NCBI GenBank assembly: GCA_965371725.1 | Contig: CBDUZO010000002.1 | Coordinates: 4,210-68,209, forward strand | Direction: 5' to 3' | DNA from: an uncultured Phycisphaerales bacterium | GTDB taxonomy: Bacteria > Planctomycetota > Phycisphaerae > UBA1845 | DNA length: 64,000 bases | Translations under genes and position numbers: made by a program | The notes under the pieces: generated by a model | The model's database searches: none | What the model was told of the DNA's origin: nothing | The model's input: only the letters and a program-made list of their open reading frames with translations | Shown here: positions 10,794 to 23,655 of the stretch, in pieces | Numbering within the stretch: the first letter of the stretch is position 1 | How the letters are laid out: each line of letters opens with the position of its first letter

Positions 10794-10960
10794 GGTCTTA
10801 CCTCCAAAAGCCGGTTCGGGTTCCTAGTTGCCAATCGAGAGACTGCATTGTCACAAAAACGCCCCGGTCGGGCAAGGAATCTAGTCGGTTGGCCAACAAC
10901 TTCCCACGCCCGCTCGCCACATCCTGCGTCCATCCCGTGCGCACCGTGAACGGTGGACTG

Positions 10961-11449
10961 TCAGGACTTGTCAGATGTGCTCGGCGCGGGCCATTCCTCC
11001 TCGAAGAGCAGGTAATCGGTCATCGTCATGCCGAGCTTCCCGTAGGCTTCAATCGCACCGGCGTTGCTTCGATCGACGTAAAGTCTCAGCCCGCACACGT
11101 CGGACCGCGACGTCGCCATGTCACGGATGTGTCGGTGGATCGCCCGAAAAACGCCGCGACGGCGGAAGCGAGGATCGACGTAGACACTCTGAATCCACCA
11201 GAAGAACCCGTTCCGCCAATCGCTCCACTCGAACGTCAGCATGGTCTGCCCGGCGATCTCCCCGCCGATCCGCGCGATGAAATACTTACATCCGGTCTCG
11301 TCGCGCAGAGCGGCGTGAACACCGGCGGCGATCACGGATTCATCGAGCGTCTTGTCCTCACTCTCCTTCGCCATCGCCTGGTTGAAGGCGACAACGGTCC
11401 GGAAGTCCGCCTCGCCCGCCGGCTGGATGATGATGGCGTCGTCATTCAT
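10961..11449 (-). CDS. GNAT family N-acetyltransferase
   Basis: EWSDWRNG, IQSVYV..FRRRGVF, NAGAIEAYGKLG. Confidence 0.9.
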   Translation of the reverse strand: MNDDAIIIQPAGEADFRTVVAFNQAMAKESEDKTLDESVIAAGVHAALRDETGCKYFIARIGGEIAGQTMLTFEWSDWRNGFFWWIQSVYVDPRFRRRGVFRAIHRHIRDMATSRSDVCGLRLYVDRSNAGAIEAYGKLGMTMTDYLLFEEEWPAPSTSDKS

Positions 11450-11579
11450 TGGCTTGTCTCTTCGCCCGCCCGTCTCCGTGGAGGACTCGATCTCGCGCCT
11501 CGGTAACGCCTGCACAATGCCGCCTCACCGGTGGCCCGCCCCGCCGCCCGATCGACAGCCCGGATTCCACCACGACCCT

Positions 11580-11659
11580 GTAGCGTCACCCCTTGTGGGT
11601 GACGCCTGAACAGTGCTTCGCCGCCCACGAGGGGCGGCGCTACACTTTTTCAACGGGCT
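11580..11659. repeat. Inverted pair of GTAG-type REP-like palindromes plus a TIR-like end
   Basis: GTAGCGTCACCCCTTGTGGGTG...CCCACGAGGGGCGGCGCTAC then TTTTTCAACGGGCT; related element at 56651-56766. Confidence 0.7.
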
Positions 11660-11887
11660 TCCCACGAACGCGCCGGGGTCATCGTAGCGGTCGTGCACGA
11701 ACGGGACAACGAATCAGCCGGGCCTGCTCCGGGCCATCCGCGTTGCTGTCAATTTGGCACCTCGCGCCGTCGTCCGGGGGGATACCTGCCAAGCTGGCAG
11801 GCCGGGCTTGCCGCCGGGCGGGACCGCGGAGGCTCACAAGTTACGTCAGCCAAAGGAGTTAGAGAGCTTACGCTGTCCGACTTCGGG

Positions 11888-11903
11888 TGGCCCACATCTT
11901 GCA
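11888..11903 (+). promoter_or_regulatory. Putative sigma-54 (-24/-12) promoter of the chaperone operon
   Basis: TGGCCCACATCTTGCA = GG-N10-GC ending in TTGCA, ~110 bp upstream of groEL; no canonical CIRCE seen. Confidence 0.5.
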
Positions 11904-11968
11904 CATTAACCTGGTGGCAATCGGTGCGCGTGGACGCGGACATCCGCCGCCCCGATCGTCACCACTGA

Positions 11969-13651
<1,683 letters not shown>

Positions 13652-13758
13652 GTCCGGGTGGATGCGTCGACCCGGTTGACCGTGAGATTCACAGCCACAT
13701 CAGGCCGCACCGCCTCGGGCGGTCGAGCCTGACGATCAGAACGGAGATGACATAAACA

Positions 13759-14079
13759 ATGGCAACGGCAACGGCAACGAAGAAGAAAATCAAGTTTCGT
13801 CCCACGGATGATCGAGTGCTCGTCGAGCCGTGTGAGGCCGAGGACAAGACCGCCGGTGGGATCATCCTGCCCGACACCGCCCGCGAAAAGCCTCAGCGCG
13901 GTACCGTAATCAGCACCGGTCCGGGCAAACTCCTCGACAGCGGCGCCCGCGGCGAAATGTCCGTCGGATCCGGCGACGAGGTGTTCTACGGCAAGTACTC
14001 CGGCACGGAAATCGAGTTCAACAACGACAAGTACGTCGTGATCCGCGAGAATGACATCCTCGCGATCGTGGACAAGTAA
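13759..14079 (+). CDS. groS: Co-chaperonin GroES
   Basis: DRVLV, TAGGIILPD, EKPQRG, ENDILA. Confidence 0.97.
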   Translation: MATATATKKKIKFRPTDDRVLVEPCEAEDKTAGGIILPDTAREKPQRGTVISTGPGKLLDSGARGEMSVGSGDEVFYGKYSGTEIEFNNDKYVVIRENDILAIVDK

Positions 14080-14136
14080 GATAGACCGCACGGCCGGACC
14101 CTCCGCCGTGCCGCTTGCAAATAAGAGGAGTAGGCC

Positions 14137-15747
14137 ATGGCCAAGCAAATGATGTTCTCCCAGGAAGCGCGTCAGCAGGTCCTGAAGGGACTGACCAAAC
14201 TCGCCAACGCCGTCAGGATTACGATGGGGCCGACCGGACGCAACGTCATCCTACAGAAGTCCTTCGGCTCACCCCGCGTCACCAAGGACGGCGTCAGCGT
14301 CAGCAAGGAAATCGAGCTTCCCCAGCCGTTCGAGAACATGGGGGCGAAGCTGATCAACCAGGTCGCCTCGAAAACCAGCGATGACGTCGGCGACGGAACA
14401 ACCGCCGCCACGGTGCTCGCCGAGGTGATCTTCCGGGAGGGGTTCAAAACCGTCACGGCAGGTGCCAATCCGATGGCCCTTAAACGCGGGATCGACTTGG
14501 CTGTATCCGCCGCGGTAGGCAGCATCGAGGACCTCGCCATCAAGGTCCGCAACAACGACGATCTGGCCAAGGTGGCCACGATCTCCGCCAACGGCGACGA
14601 GACGATCGGCAAGCTACTCGCCAGCGCCTTCGAGGCCGTCGGCACCGACGGCGTCGTCGAGGTCGAGGAGGGCAAGTCGTTCGAGACGGAGAAGGAAGTC
14701 GTCGACGGAATGCAGTTCGACAAGGGCTTCCTCTCACCCTACTTCATGACCGATCCAGGTGCGCTCGAGTGTGTATTGAAGGATGCGGCCATTCTCGTTT
14801 ACGAAAAGAAGATATCGAACCTGCGTGATTTCCTCCCTGCACTGGAGGCCATCGCATCGAGCGGCAAGTCCCTTCTGGTCATCGCCGAGGACGTCGAGGG
14901 TGAGGCGCTGGCGGGACTGGTCGTGAACAAGATTCGCGGCCTTTTGAGCTGCTGCGCCGTCAAGGCACCGGGCTTCGGCGACCGCCGGAAAGCCATGCTG
15001 GGCGACATCGCCGTACTCACGGGTGCGACGATGATCAGTGAAGACCTCGGTATGAAGCTCGACAAGATCACCATGAACGAGATGGGCTCCGCCAAAAAGC
15101 TCGTCATCACGAAGGACACGTGCACAATCATCGAGGGCGACGGTAAGAAGTCCGACGTCAAGGCCCGCTGTGATCAGATTCGCAACCAGATCGACAAGAC
15201 GACCAGCGACTACGACCGCGAAAAGCTGCAGGAGCGGCTCGCTCGTCTTACCGGCGGCGTCGCCGTGATTCGCGTCGGCGGTGCGACCGAGATCGAGGTC
15301 AAGGAGCGGAAGGACCTGGTCGACGATGCGTTCCACGCCACGAGGGCGGCCGCCGAGGAGGGCATTGTTCCCGGCGGCGGGGTCGTCTATCTCCGTGCAA
15401 TCCCGGCTGTCACCAAGGCCCGCGACCGAGCCCGTGGGGACGAGAAGATTGGCGTGGACATCGTCCTGAAGGCACTGCATGGGCCGACGCGCCAGATCGC
15501 GGACAACTGCGGGCGCGAGGGTGACGTCATCGTCGAGCAGATTCTCGAGAAGACCGGCAACCACGGTTTCGACGCGCGCAACGGCGAGTTCGTTGATATG
15601 GTCAAGGCCGGCATCATCGACCCCGCCAAGGTCTCTCGCGTGGCGTTGCAAAACGCCGCCAGCATCGCCGGGCTGCTACTGACAACCGAGGTCCTCGTCA
15701 CCGATCTGAAGGATGAGGAGAAGAAGATCGAGCATTCGATCCGATAG
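14137..15747 (+). CDS. groL: Chaperonin GroEL (copy 2, no GGM tail)
   Basis: [34 protein letters not shown]; AGAGGAG RBS. Confidence 0.97.
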   Translation: MAKQMMFSQEARQQVLKGLTKLANAVRITMGPTGRNVILQKSFGSPRVTKDGVSVSKEIELPQPFENMGAKLINQVASKTSDDVGDGTTAATVLAEVIFREGFKTVTAGANPMALKRGIDLAVSAAVGSIEDLAIKVRNNDDLAKVATISANGDETIGKLLASAFEAVGTDGVVEVEEGKSFETEKEVVDGMQFDKGFLSPYFMTDPGALECVLKDAAILVYEKKISNLRDFLPALEAIASSGKSLLVIAEDVEGEALAGLVVNKIRGLLSCCAVKAPGFGDRRKAMLGDIAVLTGATMISEDLGMKLDKITMNEMGSAKKLVITKDTCTIIEGDGKKSDVKARCDQIRNQIDKTTSDYDREKLQERLARLTGGVAVIRVGGATEIEVKERKDLVDDAFHATRAAAEEGIVPGGGVVYLRAIPAVTKARDRARGDEKIGVDIVLKALHGPTRQIADNCGREGDVIVEQILEKTGNHGFDARNGEFVDMVKAGIIDPAKVSRVALQNAASIAGLLLTTEVLVTDLKDEEKKIEHSIR

Positions 15748-15900
15748 GATCGTAGCACAGGGATAGTCAGGAAAGAGGCGGACACCGCGTCCGCCCTTTT
15801 CGTGCCTCGACGGCAGGAAACGTGTGGCACGGGTTCCCAGCCCGTGGATTGCGAGCTGGTGTCGTGCCCGTAAACGCGTCCGCTTGAGGGCAGGCAAGGA

Positions 15901-17028
15901 ATGGCTGTGGGCACCGGCAAGCGAGATTACTATGAGGTGCTCGGCGTAGACCGCGACGCTGCGCCCGAGCAGATCAAGAAGGCCTACCGCCGCGCCGCCC
16001 ACAAGTATCACCCGGACCGCAATCAGACCGACCCGGACGCGGAGGCGAAGTTCAAGGAGGCTGCCGAGGCCTTCGACGTCCTGTCCGATCCCCCGAAGCG
16101 TCAACGATATGATCAGTTCGGACACGCCGGACTGAGTGGCGCGGGTATTCACGACTTCTCGCACATGGGCGTCAATGACATCTTCTCGATGTTCACCGAC
16201 ATCTTCGGCGGGGGGTTCGGTGGAAGCCGCCGACGCGGCGCCGATCTTCAGACGGAGGTCGAGATCACGCTGGCTGAGGTCGCCACCGGAACCGAGCGAT
16301 CCATCGAGTTTACCCGACGGGATTTCTGCGACTTATGCGGCGGAACGGGAGCGGCTCCAGGGTCGCAGCGACGCGCGTGTCCCGCCTGCGGCGGTTACGG
16401 CCAAGTCGAGCAGGCAACCGGTTTCGGCTCGATCTTCGGTCGCGTGGTAACGACGTGCCCCGCCTGTCGTGGCCGGGGTTCCACCATCGTCACCCCGTGC
16501 AAGGCGTGCCGCGGTGGCGGACGGGTCGCCAAGGACCGCATCATCACGGCCCAGATCCCGGCGGGCATTCACGATGGACAGGCCATCCGCATACGCGGTG
16601 AAGGCGAGGCGGGCGAAGAAGGTTCACAGCACGGCGATCTGCACTGTTACGTCCGCGTCAAGCCGCATCCGTTTCTCGAACGACACAACAACGACCTTGT
16701 GTGCCGCATGCCCGTCAGCTTTACGCAGGCGTCTTTGGGAATGGAGGTCGAGGTGCCGACACTGGCGTCCAAGGCATCGTTGAAGATTCCGCCCGGCACG
16801 CAGCACGGGCAGATCTTCAGGCTCGCGGGCCTGGGCCTGCCCGACCTGCGCACGCGGCGCCAGGGGGATGAGCTCGTGCAGGTGCTGATCGAGATTCCCA
16901 GAAAGCTCAACAAGCAGCAGAAATCGCTGCTTCGTGAATTCGCCGAAATGGAGGACAAATCCATCCTTCCCGAGTCGAAGGGGTTCTTCGACAAAGTTAT
17001 GGAGTATCTCAGCGGTACTACCGACTGA
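15901..17028 (+). CDS. dnaJ: Molecular chaperone DnaJ
   Basis: DYYEVLGV, HPD motif, four CxxCxGxG repeats. Confidence 0.97.
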   Translation: MAVGTGKRDYYEVLGVDRDAAPEQIKKAYRRAAHKYHPDRNQTDPDAEAKFKEAAEAFDVLSDPPKRQRYDQFGHAGLSGAGIHDFSHMGVNDIFSMFTDIFGGGFGGSRRRGADLQTEVEITLAEVATGTERSIEFTRRDFCDLCGGTGAAPGSQRRACPACGGYGQVEQATGFGSIFGRVVTTCPACRGRGSTIVTPCKACRGGGRVAKDRIITAQIPAGIHDGQAIRIRGEGEAGEEGSQHGDLHCYVRVKPHPFLERHNNDLVCRMPVSFTQASLGMEVEVPTLASKASLKIPPGTQHGQIFRLAGLGLPDLRTRRQGDELVQVLIEIPRKLNKQQKSLLREFAEMEDKSILPESKGFFDKVMEYLSGTTD

Positions 17029-17059
17029 ACTGAAGCGTTGTACGAAGCAAGCGTAAGCC

Positions 17060-17761
17060 ATGAGGAAGCGCAAAGAAAAAAAGGTGGAAGTCAAAACGGG
17101 AAGTGACGAGGTCGTGTCACCTGAGGTGGAATCTGAATCCGCGACCGCAACGGAGGGGGGGCAACAGCCGGACGACGAGAAAGCGCCGGGTTCATTGGAG
17201 GAGGCGAAGGCGAAGGTCGAAACGTTGAAGGATAGCCTCCTTCGGGCCAAAGCCGACTTCCAGAATCTTCAGCGGCGGTCCGACAGGGAACGATCCGAAG
17301 CGATCCGCTATGCCAACACCGAGCTTATGAAATCGCTGCTCGGCGTGATCGACGACTTCGAGCGAATGCTCGACGCCGCCGAGAACGAAGACAACCCCCC
17401 GTCCGTCGTCGACGGTATGCGCCTGATCCACGACAACCTCTTGAAGTCCCTGCGACAGCACGGCCTTCAACGCATCGATGCCCTGCACGAGCCCTTCGAC
17501 CCGCATGTGCACGAGGCGATGATGCAGCAGCCAAGCAACGAGCACCCGGACGGTACCGTGCTGACGGAGATCGTGAAGGGATACCGACTGCACGACCGTG
17601 TCATCCGCCCGACAAGGGTGGTCGTATCGAAGTCCGCGACACCGACCGAACCGTCCGACCCCGGGGGGCATGAGCCGATGGAGAAGGTGCAGTCGGGCAA
17701 AGGCCCGGAACCGTCGCGGGAAGGGCCGGAACCGGACGGGGAAAGGGCAGGAGCAAAGTAG
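17060..17761 (+). CDS. grpE: Nucleotide exchange factor GrpE
   Basis: RAKADFQN, FDPHVHEA, KGYRLHDRVIRP. Confidence 0.95.
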   Translation: MRKRKEKKVEVKTGSDEVVSPEVESESATATEGGQQPDDEKAPGSLEEAKAKVETLKDSLLRAKADFQNLQRRSDRERSEAIRYANTELMKSLLGVIDDFERMLDAAENEDNPPSVVDGMRLIHDNLLKSLRQHGLQRIDALHEPFDPHVHEAMMQQPSNEHPDGTVLTEIVKGYRLHDRVIRPTRVVVSKSATPTEPSDPGGHEPMEKVQSGKGPEPSREGPEPDGERAGAK

Positions 17762-18136
17762 ATGCCGACGTACGAATACGAGTGCACAAAATGCGGGGCC
17801 GTCACGGAGGTCTTCCAATCGATCACCGAACGCCCAAGGCGGCGGCTCAGGAAATCGGATGAACCCGCCTGCGCGTGCGATGTACCGGTGAAACGTCGCA
17901 TCGGCGCCGGAGCCGGGATCATCTTCAAGGGCTCGGGGTTCTATCAAACCGACTACCGAAGTGAAGGCTACAAAAAGGCCGCCAAAGCCGAAAAGGACGC
18001 GATCGAGTCCAAGGGCAAGAAGGACACCGGCCCTGATAAGTCAAAAGAGGCGAAGCCGGCCTCCAAGAAGGGAACGGCTTCGACGACCGCCGGAACCATG
18101 ACCGGGGGGGAACGCCGATACTGCAACGGGGAATAA
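17762..18136 (+). CDS. FmdB family zinc-ribbon protein
   Basis: MPTYEYECTKCG, IFKGSGFYQTDY. Confidence 0.9.
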   Translation: MPTYEYECTKCGAVTEVFQSITERPRRRLRKSDEPACACDVPVKRRIGAGAGIIFKGSGFYQTDYRSEGYKKAAKAEKDAIESKGKKDTGPDKSKEAKPASKKGTASTTAGTMTGGERRYCNGE

Positions 18137-18139
18137 GAC

Positions 18140-18376
18140 TTGCCTCATCAACCCGAGTTGAGCTACGAATGTCCAACCTGCCGAAAGGTCCTGACCGTCG
18201 GCCGTCAGGAGGACGCGCCGTTTCGACCGTTCTGCAGCGAGCGCTGCAAGATGGTCGATCTGGGCCGATGGCTTGACGGCACATACAAAATCAGCGAACG
18301 CGCGTCCCCCGATGACCTGAAAGAGACTTCTTCCGATAACGACCGTCCGTCCGACACCTCGAACCGGGAACGCTAA
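18140..18376 (+). CDS. yacG: DNA gyrase inhibitor YacG
   Basis: [21 protein letters not shown]. Confidence 0.9.
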   Translation: MPHQPELSYECPTCRKVLTVGRQEDAPFRPFCSERCKMVDLGRWLDGTYKISERASPDDLKETSSDNDRPSDTSNRER

Positions 18377-18714
18377 CGCCAACCCCCTGACACCCTACGC
18401 CGCACAAGCCCCCAAAACTGGCAAAGGTCGCCGGCGACGCGCACGGCGGCGCACGGACCAGGCTCGAAACCACACCCGTTAACGTTGCTCCCAGAACCCG
18501 GGACGTCGTCTGAAACCCCGGTCCAAGGGCCGTACCGCCGCATTCGGGCCGTGCGATCGAGCGATCCCTTGCAACGGACTCGACCCTGTGACTATACTGG
18601 GACTGTTCTGGATAGGCGTATGCGGAGAGGTGGCGCTCCGCGACGACCGCTTCCGGCCCGATCCGGCAGCGGACACGTCTTGCGGCGCGCTCACGTGATG
18701 GAGGCATACTTACC

Positions 18715-19857
18715 ATGATGTATAACGACGTTCTTGCACGGCTGCGCACTCCCAAGGACGGGCGTGGCGGTTTCACGCTCATCGAGCTTCTCGTGGTGAT
18801 CGCCATCATCGCGCTGCTCATCTCGATCTTGCTTCCATCGTTGGAAGCCGCCAGGCGGCAGTCAAAGCAATCGACCTGCCTGTCGCACATCAAGGGCATC
18901 GCCACCAGCAGCCGAGTCTACGAAGCCGACGATCCGAGTGGATGGGGCATCCCGGTTCACCCTCTCCAGTACGCGCAGGATCCGAGTGCCCCGACCTTCA
19001 TCGGCGCATACGAGTGGGCCGGGAAAAGCGGAATCGGGCGCCCTGGCTTCTGCGAGGGCCCGTCCACCGGTGACTACGCGTGGATCTCCAGCAAATACGG
19101 TACGAAGTGCGGATTCGGTCCGGCCACCAGACCCATGAACGACATCCTCTATCCCGGTGGGTTCAAGGACAATAACGAGCCGATGTATGACAGGGACGGC
19201 GCGTTCGAGGACACGCGGTTGGACCTTGATCTGTTCAGGTGTCCAGGTGATGACGGTCCGCCGCGCGCCGCGCATTGTCCGGACTGGGTAGCCAACAGCG
19301 AACGCAGTTCGTATGACCACTTCGGCAACAGCTTCGCCGCCAACGTTTTTCTGACCGGAAGGCAGGGTGAGCCCGTGGCGAGCAACTCACCGTACCTTCG
19401 TCCGATTTCGCGCGTACCGACGCCCTCGCGAACGCTGTATTACGAGGAGAACATCGGCCGGTGGGCATGGTCGTGTCGCAGGGAGATTGACGACTGCGCC
19501 ACAACAGTTGTCGGCGCCGGCGTGGATCCCGGTCCGACAAAGGCTGTCAGAGGTTGGCACGGCAAGGACTGGACCTTCACGCGCGCCTTTGTGGATGCGC
19601 ACGCAGCCACGCAGAGGATCTACAACGAAGGCACTGAAGACGCCGACGGGTACGCCACGCACTACCGTAACGAACACCTCGACAGCTACCCGTCGTGGCC
19701 TTACGGTGGAGGGGGCTCGTTCGAAATGTACCGTTGTATCATTGTTCGAGGACCGGGATGGCAGAAGGACACTCTGCCGGCTCCGCCGATTGCGACAGGA
19801 CTGATGAACCCGGGCCCGAGCCGCCCCTCGTACGAGGGCTGCGTCGAAACGGACTAG
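18715..19857 (+). CDS. Prepilin-type N-terminal cleavage/methylation protein (DUF1559-like)
   Basis: [25 protein letters not shown]; CPGD; degenerate H-X9-DG motif ([16 protein letters not shown]). Confidence 0.88.
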   Translation: MMYNDVLARLRTPKDGRGGFTLIELLVVIAIIALLISILLPSLEAARRQSKQSTCLSHIKGIATSSRVYEADDPSGWGIPVHPLQYAQDPSAPTFIGAYEWAGKSGIGRPGFCEGPSTGDYAWISSKYGTKCGFGPATRPMNDILYPGGFKDNNEPMYDRDGAFEDTRLDLDLFRCPGDDGPPRAAHCPDWVANSERSSYDHFGNSFAANVFLTGRQGEPVASNSPYLRPISRVPTPSRTLYYEENIGRWAWSCRREIDDCATTVVGAGVDPGPTKAVRGWHGKDWTFTRAFVDAHAATQRIYNEGTEDADGYATHYRNEHLDSYPSWPYGGGGSFEMYRCIIVRGPGWQKDTLPAPPIATGLMNPGPSRPSYEGCVETD

Positions 19858-19989
19858 AGCACTTCCCGTTTCTGTGTGCCGAGCCGCGGGCTGCCGCAAA
19901 GCGGCTTTGCCGCGCCCGCGCGGATTCACGTGCGCCAGAGGGTATCCGGCGAATGAAACGCCGGAACACAATAACGAGTTTTGCTCTAG
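19854..19989. mobile_element. CTAG-bounded MITE carrying the 46-bp REP-like core
   Basis: CTAGAGCACTTCCCGTT...AACGAGTTTTGCTCTAG; core at 19880-19925; each CTAG supplies the stop codon of a convergent flanking gene. Confidence 0.7.
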
Positions 19990-20882
19990 TTCTCATCACG
20001 CAACGGTTTCTCAGAGGCAACGTCCTCCGCAGCCACGCGCCAGATCTGGCGAGACTCAGCCGTGATAATCACGTCATTGCCGTCGAAGCAGCAGGCTTCC
20101 GTTTGTAGATTCATCGGAAAGGTGACGAACGCCGCGTCGGTCTCACCGATCTTGGACAGATCATCCCCGATCGGGTAGACGGCCAGATAACCGTAGGTCA
20201 ACACGGCCAACCGTTTGCCATCCGGCGACACGTCGGCCGCCGTAACCGGAGCAGGCGGAGCTATGCCAACCCTTACGGGCGACAACCGGTCACCACCCTG
20301 AGGATCGAGCCGGTACACGATCGCCTGGTCCAGCCCCTTTTTCGTGATGATGTGCAGCTTGCCGTCGAAGACGAACAGGGCCTCACAGTTGTGACAACCC
20401 TCGGGAAACCGGTAGCGATGGACCTTCGTAAACCTCACCGGTTGAATCGGCTTGACGAACGGATTGGGCTCGGGCAGTTCATAGATCTGATAGGAGGTGC
20501 GTTTCCTCGCGTTGTCGCCGATGTCGCCGATGAACAGCCGGCCGGTGTGATCGATGGCGATGTCCTCCCAATCCAGGTTATGCGCACCGGCCAGCGGAAT
20601 CTCAGCCACCACCTCACCCGTAAGCCTGACGGCGAACAGAACGGGGGCGTTCCCCGAGTCGTTGTGTGTCCAGAAGATGTCGGCGTACTTGCGGCTCTTG
20701 ACCAAACCCGACGACTCGGAAAGCCTTGGCGAGTCAAGGCTTCCGATGCGAACCCAACCGGCACCGCCCGCATCCCCAGCGCCCGGTTTCTGTTTCGACG
20801 CAGCCACGTTTTGTCCACAGGCGGCCGTCACGCCAAGCAGGATACATGCGCCGACACGTAGCAGTTCATGCGGAGACCACAT
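19986..20882 (-). CDS. Secreted or lipoprotein conserved hypothetical (ESSG..WTHNDSG family, probable beta-propeller)
   Basis: Lipobox-like TAAC, ESSGL, WTHNDSG, DWEDIA, IGDIGDN, NCEAL. Confidence 0.75.
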   Translation of the reverse strand: MWSPHELLRVGACILLGVTAACGQNVAASKQKPGAGDAGGAGWVRIGSLDSPRLSESSGLVKSRKYADIFWTHNDSGNAPVLFAVRLTGEVVAEIPLAGAHNLDWEDIAIDHTGRLFIGDIGDNARKRTSYQIYELPEPNPFVKPIQPVRFTKVHRYRFPEGCHNCEALFVFDGKLHIITKKGLDQAIVYRLDPQGGDRLSPVRVGIAPPAPVTAADVSPDGKRLAVLTYGYLAVYPIGDDLSKIGETDAAFVTFPMNLQTEACCFDGNDVIITAESRQIWRVAAEDVASEKPLRDEN

Positions 20883-20927
20883 ACCATTCCCCCAAAAAAA
20901 CGATTACGCTTCCGGCGCCGCAGTGTA

Positions 20928-22442
20928 TCACCGGCCGCCACTCGCCGGATCGGATGCTTTGATGAGGATCCGACAAATCCGATCCTGCAGTTCGCGGTAC
21001 GGTGCGCTCGGGCCCTTGTATCCGCTGAACATCACCGCAAAAGCGTACCGCGGGCCGGACGGTGCGTCCACATAACCGCTGAGAGTGCGAACGCCCCGCA
21101 TCGTTCCTGTCTTTCCGTGGACGATCCCGGGCTGATCGGACAGCCTCTTGCGCAGCGACCCGTCCACACCCGCGACGGACAGGCTATCGTGGAACAAGCG
21201 GCCGCCCGGTTGGGTGAGCATCCATGCCGCTGTCCGGGCCAGTTGCGCCGCGGTACAACGATTGTCACGGCTCAACCCCGAACCATCCATCATTGCCAAC
21301 CCGGTCGTGTCGATCCCGGCCCGCCTGATGACGTCCATTACGGCTTCCGCCCCGGTGACCCAACTACCGCACGCGTCACGCCGCCCCTGTCGCCGGGCCC
21401 ATTCATATCCGACACGCTTGAGCAGACACTCTGCGAAGAGGTTCTGGCTGTTCTTGCCCGCACGCTTCAGCACGTCGGCAATCGGCGTGCGGTGACGGCC
21501 GAGGACAGTCAACGTCGCCGGGAGCCTGCCGTCCGGCAGCCGGATCCGCTCCCGGCGAATCACGCCGCCCACGCGGATACCCCTGCCCGCAAGGACCGTG
21601 CGCAGCGAGTCGGCGAACAGCATCTCGGGATCCGGAAAGGCAACCGAAACGAAACGCCAGGGTTTCGCACATCGCTTGCTTATGACGTAATCAAGCGTAC
21701 CGGCCGGATGATGCAGGATCGGCTCACCCTCGCCGGTCCGGCACTTGTTGACAATGTTGACAAGCGAAGTGACCGGTTGAATCAACACGCGCACCGGCGC
21801 CCCGGCCTTATCACCAGGTGACACAGTGATGTCAACACAATTGTCGTTGAAGTTCAGGCCGCCGGTCGGCGCCGCGTACCACTTGCCCAGGTCTCTCTCG
21901 TCCCACGACGGATGGGTCCGTTGCTCATCGAAGATGGACCCGTCGATGACAAGATCACCTGGGATCACGGTCACGCCGTGATCGGCCAGCACGCCGGCCC
22001 AGCGCTCGAACGTACTCGTGATCGTCTCGCCGTGCGCGGCCGCAAGCTTCTCGTCCCCAAACGCAGGGTCCCCGTCGCCGATCACCACGAGGTTGCCCGC
22101 CTCCAGACCCAGGATCGTCTCAAACGAGAACGCCGGGCCCATCTCGGCCAGAGCCGCCGCCATCACGAAGATCTTCGCGTTGCTCGCCGGGATCAGCGGC
22201 AGGTCCATGTTCTTCGAGTAAATCGTCGCGCGCGTGGCAAGATCGATTACGCACACCCCGGCAACCGCTTGGGTATGTGGTTTGGCCGCGACCGCGGCCT
22301 CGAGCTCGCGGCTCATCCGCGCATGGGTTTGGCCAAAGCAGATCGGCGGTGCGGCGAGACCCGCAAGACACATGCACGCCGCAACCGCGCGCAAATGCCG
22401 TTGGTGTGATCCCGTCACATTGGGAGCAGCCTCACTCATCAC
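20928..22442 (-). CDS. dacB: D-Ala-D-Ala carboxypeptidase/endopeptidase (PBP4, S13)
   Basis: PASNAK (SxxK), GDGDP, SQN (SxN), DGSGLSR, GKTG. Confidence 0.93.
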   Translation of the reverse strand: MMSEAAPNVTGSHQRHLRAVAACMCLAGLAAPPICFGQTHARMSRELEAAVAAKPHTQAVAGVCVIDLATRATIYSKNMDLPLIPASNAKIFVMAAALAEMGPAFSFETILGLEAGNLVVIGDGDPAFGDEKLAAAHGETITSTFERWAGVLADHGVTVIPGDLVIDGSIFDEQRTHPSWDERDLGKWYAAPTGGLNFNDNCVDITVSPGDKAGAPVRVLIQPVTSLVNIVNKCRTGEGEPILHHPAGTLDYVISKRCAKPWRFVSVAFPDPEMLFADSLRTVLAGRGIRVGGVIRRERIRLPDGRLPATLTVLGRHRTPIADVLKRAGKNSQNLFAECLLKRVGYEWARRQGRRDACGSWVTGAEAVMDVIRRAGIDTTGLAMMDGSGLSRDNRCTAAQLARTAAWMLTQPGGRLFHDSLSVAGVDGSLRKRLSDQPGIVHGKTGTMRGVRTLSGYVDAPSGPRYAFAVMFSGYKGPSAPYRELQDRICRILIKASDPASGGR

Positions 22443-22590
22443 ACCGGAAGATCATAGGAACAACGTGCCGGCGATCAAGCGGAGAAGCCGTTCTCGATGA
22501 ATCTCCCGCCGCGCACAACTCGACCATCGGGGCTGCAAGCACACCCGGCTGTCGGGTTTCTCGGAGAAGAGTACCGTCACAGATCGGTCA

Positions 22591-23655
22591 TCATCTCGCG
22601 AGCTGGACCGGAAGATCGGCCAGGAAGCTCACAAAGTCGTCACGCTCGTGGAGGTTCAAGTCGCGTGCCTGCGGCGTGCTGAGAAGGTCGTAGGATGCAG
22701 GCGAACCGTATCCGATCATCGAGTTGATCATGTCGGACATCTGAAGCTGCAACCGCTCGATCCGTAGCGGATCGTCGTCCGCTGGATAGACATGATGGTT
22801 GGCAATCAGGGATTCCAGGCGATCAGGCAGCTTCCACTCCTCGGCCACCAGTTCACCAAACTCCTGATGGCATTCATGACACAGATGGTCAAACGTCTTG
22901 AAGTCGATCCGATAGCGCCCGGCCGCCATCTCGTCCTGGGCCATGCGCAGCACGATGACGTTACCGATATCGTGCAGCAGTCCAACCAGGAAGGCATCCT
23001 CCGGATCGGCGCCCATCACAGTACCAAGACCGCGCATGATGTAGGCAGCCGCCAGCGAGTTTCGCCACACCAGCTCGGATAGTTCCGGATCGCCCCCTTT
23101 CGCGGTCAGTGTGCTGCTGCGCAACGCCTGGTGCATCATGAGCGTCTGGAGGGCCCGTGATCCGAGTCGCGTGATCGCAGGCTTGAGGGCCGTGATCTTC
23201 TCGAGCCCGCGATACAGTGGCGAGTTGGTCATGCGCAGAACAGCCGCCGCGATCACCTGATCCTCGCCGATCACCTGCGCCACCGCGTCGAAGTTGCACT
23301 TGCGGTCACGCAGCATCGCAAGAACGCGTTCCAGCGCGCGCGGCATTGGCGGCATGTTCAGATTGTGCCCGTCGAAGTTGGAGATCAGCAGGTTCTCGAA
23401 CGCGCGTGCGTCGTGTGGAAGGTCCGGTCGCTCGGGTTCGATCGGCTCGGTCCGCGTAACCCCATCCGGAGCCCACCACCGCTCGCGACCGTCCTCAACG
23501 CCTTCCGCCGACGCCTGTTCCGGCGAGACGGCCGTCGCCACCGCCCCATAGGCCGACGCGTCCGCGGCGTGGCGTTCCCCTGCCCGCTCCGTCCCCGATC
23601 GCTCACCGCCGGACCCGCCGGTGAACGCATCGACAATCTTGTCCCACCATCCCAC
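22591..23655 (-). CDS. HDOD domain protein
   Basis: VLRMTNSPLY, AFLVGLLHDIG, HQEFG..WKLP..HH; GTG start after GGAG chosen, ATG 23706 is an alternative. Confidence 0.85.
   Translation of the reverse strand: MGWWDKIVDAFTGGSGGERSGTERAGERHAADASAYGAVATAVSPEQASAEGVEDGRERWWAPDGVTRTEPIEPERPDLPHDARAFENLLISNFDGHNLNMPPMPRALERVLAMLRDRKCNFDAVAQVIGEDQVIAAAVLRMTNSPLYRGLEKITALKPAITRLGSRALQTLMMHQALRSSTLTAKGGDPELSELVWRNSLAAAYIMRGLGTVMGADPEDAFLVGLLHDIGNVIVLRMAQDEMAAGRYRIDFKTFDHLCHECHQEFGELVAEEWKLPDRLESLIANHHVYPADDDPLRIERLQLQMSDMINSMIGYGSPASYDLLSTPQARDLNLHERDDFVSFLADLPVQLAR

Noticed and set aside
11750-11800. CIRCE operator (TTGGCAC...TGCCAA)
   Set aside because: Arms and spacing do not fit TTAGCACTC-N9-GAGTGCTAA.
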